Below are positions 55,301 through 64,000 of a DNA stretch of 64,000 bases, piece after piece. This stretch comes from Phaeosaccion multiseriatum. Taxonomy: Eukaryota > Protista > Ochrophyta, other classes. A program made the translations under genes and the position numbers. The stretch covers positions 806,001 to 870,000 of the forward strand of contig OZ218951.1 in NCBI GenBank assembly GCA_965112735.1. The letters run 5' to 3'. The notes below the pieces were generated by a model. The model saw only the letters and a program-made list of their open reading frames with translations, did not search any database and was not told where the DNA came from. Within the stretch, counting starts at the first letter, position 1. The number at the start of each line of letters is the position of its first letter.

Positions 55301-58300
55301 GTGTATGTGTGTGTGTGTGTGTGTGTGCGTGTGTGTGTGTGTATGTGTGTGTGTTTTGTGCATGTTGTTGTGTGTGCGTGCGTGCGTGTGTGTGTGAGTG
55401 TGCGTGTGCAACTGCGTGGGTGTGTTTAGGGTAGTTTATGTATGTGTGTGCACGTGTTTTATGTGCGCGCGTGTGCGTGTGCGTGTGCGTGTGCGTGTGC
55501 GTGTGCGTGTGCGCCTCCGCGTGTGGGCGTGTGCGTGCGTGTGCCTGCGTATCTCACATCTTTTTCCTCCATCCACTGCCATCTGTGTCTCCACCCTCCC
55601 TCCATCTATGTATGCCTCTCAACAACAGGAAACGAGCAACGGCATCACCGCCCGCAGACTTCGCCGCCAGAGACAGTTACAACGACAGTTACAAACGTCC
55701 TCCTCCTACCTCAACATTCGCTTCGAGCTCGTCAGCACCGACGACGTGGACTTCTCCTCCGACTCGCTCACCTCTCTCGAAGTCACCACCCTCAACTCCG
55801 CCGGTCTCACCCTTGTGACGGTTACATCCGACCTGGTCCCGCTGGCAGACACCTCTATCACCCCCCAGAGGGGCCCTACAGACACCTTCCAGGCAGGGGA
55901 AGGAGGAGGTACGCTCGTCACACTCACCGCGGCCTTCCTCACCAACACATCATCAGCAGCAGTTGGTTCTTCGCCCTCGTCGTCGTCGTCTGTTGAAGTG
56001 GTGTTTGGGGATACACTGGGCCTGCAGGCGGAGTTGGTGGCGACGAGTGACGGGCTGGACTACGTCATACAGGTGGGTGGGGACAGTTACAGATGGCAGT
56101 GGATGGGGGGTGGATGGCAGTGGATGGGGGGTGGATGGCAGTGGATGGGAGAGGTGGCAGGGGAGGGGGGAGGGAAGGGGAGGGGAAGGAATTTCCTTCT
56201 GTACCTACTTAAATCACGTTATATTGCATATTGACTTACTGCCATATCGCATAGGTCCGGGCCCCCAACCTCGTGGACTACACGTCCGCCCGAGTCGTGC
56301 AACTTGGCTTGTCCCTCAACGGAGGAGAAGACTTCTCCACAAGCGACGCCGCCTACGCCTACTTCAGGCTCATGGACTTGTATCAGAACCACTCCTACGC
56401 CGACCAGGTGCGTGTGTGGGTGCGTGTGTGGGTGCGTGTGTGGGTGCGTGTGTGGGTGCGTGTGTGGGTGCGTGTGTGCGCCTCCTGCTCCTCCCCTCAC
56501 ACCTCTTGCCCCCGCACATTCCCCCCCCCCCCCGGCCATGCCAATGTTTCTGTCCTGTATCACCAACTGCTGCGCTGCACTGCCGCAGGTGTACGGCCCG
56601 GCAGACGGTTCCACCTTCCTCCACGTCAAGGGAGAGAACTTCGTTAACGCGACCTCTTTCCTCGACAGCGGCGTCTACGGAGTCAGAGAGCCGGAGAATG
56701 TTACCTTGCATATGCGCAGGTGGAGGCAACCTCTCTCTCCTCCCTCTCTCTCTCTCTCCCGCTCTCTCTCTCTCTCCTCCTTCCCTCTCTCCCTCTCTGT
56801 CCCTCTCACTCACCCTCCTCCCTTCCTCTTTCACTCTCTCTCTCTTCCTTCCCAACGTCTCTCTCCTCCATCCCTCTATAGCGCGCTCCCCCTCTTCCCC
56901 TCCCTCTTCTTCTCTCCTTCTATGTCACACTCCCTCTTTCTCTTTCTGCCTCTGTCTCATCCCCCCCCCCCCCTTTCTCTTCATGTCTCTCTCTCAACTC
57001 CCCCCTTCTCTCTTCCCCTCTCTCGTGCCCTCCTTCTCTCGCCCCCTACCCCTGTCTTCTCCGCCCCCTCTCTCTCCCCTACCCCTCTCACCCACCACTC
57101 TCTCTCCCTTCGCAGTGCATCTCACGGGAACCTTCTCCCCGTCACAGTGGAGGCAACGTACCCCGACGCAGAAACCATGCTCATCCTCGTCCCAGAGGCT
57201 CTTTCCGATTCCGATACCGACTCCGAGACTGTTCCAGGAACCTTCTTTGTGGGGCTTAACGTCAACCAAGAGAGAGTGCTCTACGTGGAAAGCAACGAGA
57301 CCTTCACGTACTACGAAGCGCCAACTGTGACCGGCGTATCACCAGCCTGCGGACCCGAGCAGGGCGGCACGAATGTAACCGTAAGGGGAGGGCCCTTCTT
57401 CGACACCGGGGTGGCTCAGGCGGCCTTCTTTGGGTCCACAGGTGGGTCCGATCAGAGCGAGGAAGGGAGGGAAGGAGGGAGGGGGGGAGGGAGGGGGGGA
57501 GGGAGGGAGGGAGGGAGGGAGGGAGGGAGGGAGGGAGGGAGGGAGGGAGGGAGGGAGGGAGGGAGGGAGGGAGGGAGGGAGGGAGGGAGGGAGGGAGGGA
57601 GGGAGGGAGGGAGTGGAGGGAGGGAAGCAGTCACAGACAGACTGACCTTCCTCCCATATTTCATGCCCAAAAGAAGAATGTCTCGGTAAATGCTCTTGTC
57701 TTTCCTTTCTTCCTTTCGTTCATTCTTCCTCCCTCCTTCCTCTCCCTCCCTTCCTACAGGGGAGGACGACACCCTTCTTGTGGACTGTGTCTACGCCAAC
57801 AATGAGACCCTGTACTGTTCGAGCCCTGCCCACGCTCTCGACTCGGAAACCTCTCCCGAGCGCTTCGCCTTTAACCTCACCATTGACACACAGGACGTTA
57901 GCACACGCGCCTTTACCGGCAACGGCCATGGTGACGGTGCCGTTAATGGTGGTGATGGCGTTAACAACGTAACGTTCGTGTATTACGGCCCTTACAACTA
58001 CACTTCCGTAACGCCTGGCCTGGCGCTGGGGTCGGGAGGGGATGGCACCATACTCACCCTCCTGGGGCACAACTTTGCCGTATTGGACCTCTTCCCTGAC
58101 AACACTCAGGACGCCACCTGCCGCTTCAGCAGTTGGTCATCCAGCAGCAGCAGCAGTAGCCAAACTACAGGAGTGGAGGGCGGTGTTCTGGCGCCGGTGT
58201 ACAGTTTACGCTTCAAAGGCATGCAGCTGCTCGACATTACGGGCAGGGGTTCCGTCAACAAGACCGACGGTTACACCGTTAACGTACAGGGGGGGCTTGA

Positions 58301-59861
58301 CACATGCAGTCTCATCGCCAACGGATACCTCAACAGCGCATGCAGCGACCTGCGCGTCTTCTCCGATTCCGATTCCGATTCTGATTCCGATTCCGATTCC
58401 GGGGGCGGTTCGTTTGTGGGTTGGTGGCTGGACGCTTGCGGGTCCAATTCGTCTGATCTGTGGGTGAGGGCCCCCTCCGTCCTGGCGGGGCAGACCACCA
58501 CCCTAAAGCTGCTCTACGGGGGAGGGCTGTCCGAAGGTACTGTCAGAAAGTCTTTGCGCACTGCCTTTTATTAGTAGGAAATGTTACGTAAGCGTATGCA
58601 TGTGATGACTTCGGATAAGAAGGTGTGGTTGTGTGTGTAGGGGTGGGTAGGTGGTGGAGTGGGAGGGTGGAGGGGGGTGTGAAAGGAAAGAGGGAGGGAG
58701 GGAGGGGCGCTTCCCGCTCCTCCTTCTCCCCGTTACGCCCTCCCTCTCTCTCTCCCCCTCTCTCTCCCTCCCTCCCTCACTCACTTACTCCCTTCCTTCC
58801 TTCCTTCCTCCTTTCCTCACACCCTTCAGCGGCCATGGCCTCTGACGACTTCTGGCTCTCCTCCTCGAGTAACCCTCTCGACGTGTTCACCCTCTTCGAC
58901 GACTTTGATGCCTTCGACACCTCTAATTGGGTGTTTGCAGCAAGTGCCAGTGGTGTACTTCCTGCCTCTATCAGCTCCACAGGCCTCACGTTCACGGGGC
59001 AGATTGACGGTAACGCTTTCCTTTGCTCCTTGGCTCTTTCCCTGCGCGGCTTGATTGTCTCCCTCCCGAGTGTTTCCCTCCTGGTGTTGACTGTGTCCCT
59101 CTTGGTGTTTCACTGTCTCCCCTCTGGGGCCTGGTGTCCGGTGGCTGATCTCTGCCCCCCCCCCCCCCTCTCTCTCCCAACTCTCCCTCCCTCTCTCTCT
59201 CCCACTCTCTCTCTCCCTCCCCCTCCATCCCTCTTTCCTTCTTCTTCCCTCTCTCTCCCTCCTTCACTCCCTCCCCTCCCCCCTCCTCCCTCTTCCCGTC
59301 CAGACTCGGATCCTTCCTCTTCCACTCGGCTCACTCGCTCCAATGGGCCTATTACGGGCCAATTCGCCGTGGAAGCACGAGTGAGCAACGGAGACACGTC
59401 CGAGGCATGTGTGGGTAGCCTCTGGTATGTGGCCGCCAACCGCTCTACAGAAGTTGGTGATACGGCCATGTTGAAAGCCGAGTACTGTGCCATGGACTCG
59501 GGTCTCAAGTGCCTGAACAACGCCATCTGTGACGATAGCGTATGCACAACCTACTCAATGGGCACGAGTGGTAGGAGTAGCAGTACCGGCGAGGGGGGCA
59601 ATCGAGTCACGCTCACAGTTGGCTGGAAGAGTATGAATTTTACCGACTCGGCATGCGGCACCCTCAGCACCACCACATCCACAACTGGCGACAATGACGG
59701 AGGGGGACTGGCCTCGCTACACCGTAGCACTTCATCTTCTTCTTCATCATCATCATATGCTTCGCATAACGTCTCTTCCTACCTCTACATCGGTGCGGAT
59801 GGTCCCACGACGGGCTCTGCTAACGCCTTCGAATGGCTCGCTGTCAGGGCATACGATGAGG

Positions 59862-59909
<48 letters not shown>

Positions 59910-61216
59910 TGTGGTGTGTTGTTATGTGGTGTGGGACTCTCTCTCAGTTTCAGTTAAAGGGTTCCTCTGATCTCAAGAGTTTCAGTTTGTGGGTTCCTCT
60001 CATCGGAGGGAGGCGGTGGTTGGGTTGGGTTGGGGTGGGTTGGGTTAGATTGGGGTTGGCACAGAGGACAGCATACATGTGATTCTTGGTTGAACATCGC
60101 GTAATGTGGGTCGATACGGACTGCTCATCGATTTAGAAAATCGTTATCGATATTGATTGGCTCATCCATATCGAGCATCGAAACTCGATACGACATTGCC
60201 GACTTCTCATCGATATCGACGATCGATATTCGATATTTTGATTCGTGACGTCAGAGGTCTAACGAACTGAAATATGAATGAAACCGCCGCAGGTAAAGGA
60301 AGAGACCTCTCTGCGGTCGGAGGTGCTCTTGCCCTCTGTGGAGCTCGTGAGCTGCAAGGCCCCTGCCCGGCTCAGAGCACTACTCAGCCAGATGGAGGCA
60401 GAGATGGTAGCAGATGGAGGCGACACAGATGGCGACGATGATGCGGTTGAGGAGGACGTGTACGTGGTGGACTTTTCCCCCAATGGCCAAGACTTCATCC
60501 AGACACAAGACGGAGGGGGTGATAACGGTGCTAACGTCCTTGGCGTTAACGTATCTGTGCGAGAGCTCAACGTGACGGCCTTGTCCGTGAACACGACCTC
60601 CGCCGCAGGGGGAGAGTCCGTTACCTTGTCCACCGTGTGGGGGGGAGGAGCAGCAAGCGCAAGCACCACCACCTCCTCCTCTTCCTCCTCCTCGTCCTCC
60701 TCGTCCTCCTCCTCCTCTGTCTACAGCGCGGACGGCCTATACTTCCGCTTTGGCAACACCACTTTCCCTGCCTCCGTTGAGAGGGGAGGGAGCATCCCCT
60801 CTCTGGGGGGTGTGACGCAGGGGAGAGGAGGGGAGCTTGTGGCCTACTCCCCTGACCTGGTGGTCAACGGCTTGCCTGATATGGGGGTGGGGAGCGAGCG
60901 GTATGTGGAGGTCGGAGTGTCCGTCAACAATCAGCAGGTACGTCGTCGCTCGTGAAGTGGGTCAGTAAGTCAGTGGGCCAGTAGTAGGCATTTGAGGGTG
61001 TCATATACCCAACTGGTAGGAGCAGTGGTGGGGTTGTGGGGAGGGAGCGAGCAGGCAAGCAAACGCGCTTCCGTTCTTTTGTTCGTCAATGTGACAGTAA
61101 ATTGAATGCATGCTGAGCTTGACCCTTCTGCAATCCTGCTCTGCTCCACTCCTGCCCCTCCTCCCCCCCCTCCCCCCTTCTCTCTTGATCACACACACAC
61201 AAATGCCCCCCCCCCC

Positions 61217-61249
<33 letters not shown>

Positions 61250-63838
61250 ACACAACCAGTTCGTGCTGGCCCCGTCTCCTGTGCTGGTGGCCAGTGTCCC
61301 TAACTGCTCCTTCATCAAGGAGGACTTCGACTTCGTTAACTATCAAGGCACCTCAGACTCCTCCTCCTCCACCGCCAGCTACGGCATCCATCAGCAGATG
61401 TGGGGGCACATGTACGTTGACTCCTCCTCCTCTCTTTGTCTGTCTCTTTCTGTCTCTTTTGCTTTTTGCTCTCTCTCTCTCACTCTCACTCTCTCTGTCT
61501 GGCTCCTTCTCTACCCTCTCTCTCGCCCTCTCTCTTGCCCTCCCTATCGGATTGCTGGTCTACCAAAGTCGAGCTCAAAACTCTTCTGTTGTTATTGTCT
61601 CACCCATGACCTTTAAACCTGACACCGGCTACTACCCCCCACCCCCTTCCTGTCCTACGCTACCCATACACCTCTACCCTGCTCCCCTTCCCTTCCCCTT
61701 TTCCTCTACCCATCCACTGCCATCCCCTTCTCTACCAACAGGAGCAGCGACGGGGTCCTCACATCTGCCTGCTCGGCCGTGGATGACCACATAGTGTACC
61801 AGGCCCTCCAGTTCGGAGGAGGGGGAGCCGCTGGTGATACAACAGCACCAAGCATCCTTCAGACTGTCGCCATCGACACCTCCTACGGCAGACAGCAGGG
61901 AAGCGTCAGTTTCAAGATCCGTTACACCTCGTCCTCACCAAATGACGACGGCGACTGCTCGACAGACATCGCTGCAGGAACGACCTTGTCCCAACCAATT
62001 CAACTCCAATACTCGACTGGAGTCACAGATGACGGAAACGGGATGGCAGCGGATGGAGCCGAGTCGGAGTGGGTGAGCTTGATTGACATAGACGGACCGG
62101 GGGATGCGGTCGCAGGGCCTAATCATTTGGAGGTAGTTTGGGCGGAGGTGGAGGATACAAATGGAGACGACTCGGGGTTGGCATGGTGGTTGTACGACGT
62201 GTCGCTGCCGTTGGAGGCATGTGGGAGGGATACAATCTTCCGGTGGTATCAGGTAAGGGGTGAGAGGGAGCGAGAGGGAGGGAGGGAAATAAGGAAGGAG
62301 GGAGGGAGGGAGAGAGGGAGGGACGGACGGACGGACGGACGGACGGAGGGAGGGATGGAGGGAGGGAGGGACGGAGGGAAGGAGGGAGGGAGGGGAGGGG
62401 CGGACGGACGGAGGGAGGGAGGGAGGGAGGAAGGGATATACGTCTGCGTCGTTGTGTTATGCTGTGCTCTTCGCTGTCTTGCTTAGCGCTTACCCTGACC
62501 CTGACCCTGGCATTGATCGTAATCCCGACCCTGGTTCATCAACGCAACGAATGCCCCAAAGCAATACATAAAAAAAAACCTCACCCTCACCCTCACCCCC
62601 ACCCTCACCCTCACCCTCACCCGTCACTCTGGCCCTGCTCAATCGAAATCAACGAATCAACCAATTCAATGAATCATTGATTCATTCAAACCAAAGGCGT
62701 CTTCGTCTGCAGACGAGTACTGGGTCATCGACTCAGTGTCCATCAGCCTTCAACCCCCGGGCAACACAGGAGCAAGTGAGCACATCTTTGTAGACTACAC
62801 GGAGCCCGACGGGGGCCCAATCAAGGGAGGCACCAACATCACTGTGTACGGTTATTTCCCTCCCGAGTCGAGTGTGGGGGGCCCATATCGCTGTGTGTTC
62901 GACTACGAGGGAGGCAAGCAGGACAACGCCTTTGAAGCCTTCAACGCTGAGGTAGGGGGTGGTGGGCCGTCACAGACTTACTCACGAACAAACGAACGAG
63001 CGAACGTGGATATTCACGATCTCACTCATTTCCACACTCACTCACCCAGCACTCACTTGTTCACTCACCCACTCACTCACTCACTCACTCCACCCCTCAT
63101 CCACTCTGCCTCCCTCCCTTCCTCCCTCCCTCCCTCCGTCCGTCCATCCGTCCGTCCCTCCGTATCCCCCTCCTCGTTCCCTTCCTTCCCTCTCTTCAGG
63201 GCTTCTCTTCCTTCAATGCAGTGCGGGTTTCCGAGTCCGAGATGCTCTGTGAGGCGCCTCCTTACTACTCCGGCCTCTCAAGCGAGGTGAGAGATGTTTC
63301 AGTGTCAGTTTAGGTTCAGCTTGAGTTTAATCGACCCCCAACCAAACTCAAACTGGCCCGAAAGGCCCCGTAATTCACTTCTGTTAGAGAGGTGGTGTGT
63401 GCTGTGCATCGACATTGAATGTCGTAGGGCTCCTCGACACAATGTGTTGTATCGATACAGCCCGAGTACAAAAACATGACGAGAAATGGTTATTATTGTA
63501 GCTCGATGCTTAGGCAAGTCGACATGGAACAATGCTTCAAACCCAGCTTGGGTTCCAAACTCAGGTTCCAGGCTCTGTTTACATACCTACTTACTGCTTA
63601 CACTTTCTTACCTACTTCATTGTGATGCTGTCCTGTCCCGCTCTCCCACTATCAGGATGTGTGCAGCAGCAGCAACAAGCGCGTGTGCTCCAACTGCTGC
63701 TTCCTCCGTGTTTCCGTTACGGCATGCGGCGTCAACACCTTCTCCTCCTCCTCCCCTCGGGACGTGGCCGTGGCCAACGGATTCACAGCTGACGACTACC
63801 CTGAGAGGACACAGTATGTCTTCTATGAGGACTTTGAG
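40663..63838 (+). CDS. Gene B: giant multi-exon secreted/cell-surface protein, paralog of gene A (signal peptide, PT repeats, 3 FN3, >20 IPT/TIG-like repeats, DUF2341-like, Reelin-repeat-like); 3' end beyond window
   Basis: Hand-traced GT-AG exons: 40663-41656, 41902-42200, 42384-42589, 42901-43483, 43689-43982, 44234-44407, 44631-45656, 46023-46123, 46300-46453, 46672-46908, 47111-47338, 47676-47712, 48070-48335, 48521-48577, 48751-49056, 49412-49977, 50405-51566, 51704-51809, 52198-52353, 52704-53944, 54307-54459, 54839-54976, 55138-55266, 55629-56072, 56255-56407, 56589-56719, 57116-57441, 57760-58536, 58830-59009, 59304-59863, 60293-60937, 61260-61411, 61742-62252, 62697-62951, 63200-63286, 63656-63838. 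Sum 13,017 nt = 4,339 codons in frame. An intron then runs to the window end. Confidence 0.85.
44370..54380 (+). repeat. Gene B array of IPT/TIG-like protein repeats (about 15 long units plus 3 canonical IPT)
   Basis: Same repeat consensus as in gene A, counted by the T.GG..V.+.G motif. Confidence 0.8.
54475..54551. repeat. 11-bp tandem repeat (TGTCTGACAGA) x7, intronic
   Basis: Seen directly, just after the donor at 54460. Confidence 0.93.
58190..58935 (+). other. Gene B DUF2341-like domain
   Basis: [24 protein letters not shown]...[33 protein letters not shown]...VFTLFDDFD. Confidence 0.75.
61315..62748 (+). other. Gene B Reelin-subrepeat-like domain
   Basis: EDFD...C...ALQFGG...LQTVAIDT....VSFKIRY...C...PIQLQYST....WVSL...[22 protein letters not shown]...YWVIDSVSI follows the Reelin repeat consensus order. 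Confidence 0.65.
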
Positions 63839-64000
63839 GTAATCTACGTACGCCTTTAGGATTGGAAGACACCCGCACGCCTGTCTTTCATCCACCTGCT
63901 TGCTTATCACTATTATATTTGTCAATCACCCATGCCCAATACTCCTGACCCCCCTCCCTCCCTCTCTCCCTCCCTCCCTCCCTCCCTCCCTCCTTCCCCC

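Overview
Eukaryotic, GC-rich, intron-dense DNA. The host is probably an alga with a red secondary plastid (ochrophyte-like), inferred from a fibrillin gene with a bipartite plastid presequence. Two giant, divergently transcribed paralogous genes fill almost the whole window. Gene A (minus strand, ATG 35665, 49 exons traced by hand, >7,180 aa, open at the left edge) and gene B (plus strand, ATG 40663, 36 exons traced, >4,339 aa, open at the right edge) encode secreted or membrane proteins. Both have a signal peptide, PT repeats, FN3 domains, long arrays of IPT/TIG-like repeats and a DUF2341-like domain. A also has a Cys-rich segment, a multi-pass TRP-like membrane region and a long cytoplasmic tail. 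B also has a Reelin-repeat-like domain. Their upstream regions and first ~1,230-1,250 codons form a ~6.3 kb near-perfect inverted repeat (29975-36288 vs 40038-46330) around a 3.75 kb spacer. Outside the arms the paralogs are deeply diverged. The spacer holds a PAP-fibrillin gene and a degenerate WRKY19-like zinc-finger gene. Independently of the genes, the 11-mer GTATCACCAAC/GTTGGTGATAC (extended consensus CTGTATCACCAACTG) occurs exactly at least 11 times, in introns and in four exon reading frames. Most ORFs in the supplied track are antisense shadows or microsatellite read-throughs. I recognised no rRNA, tRNA, CRISPR array or transposase. All exon and domain calls are by eye, without database searches.
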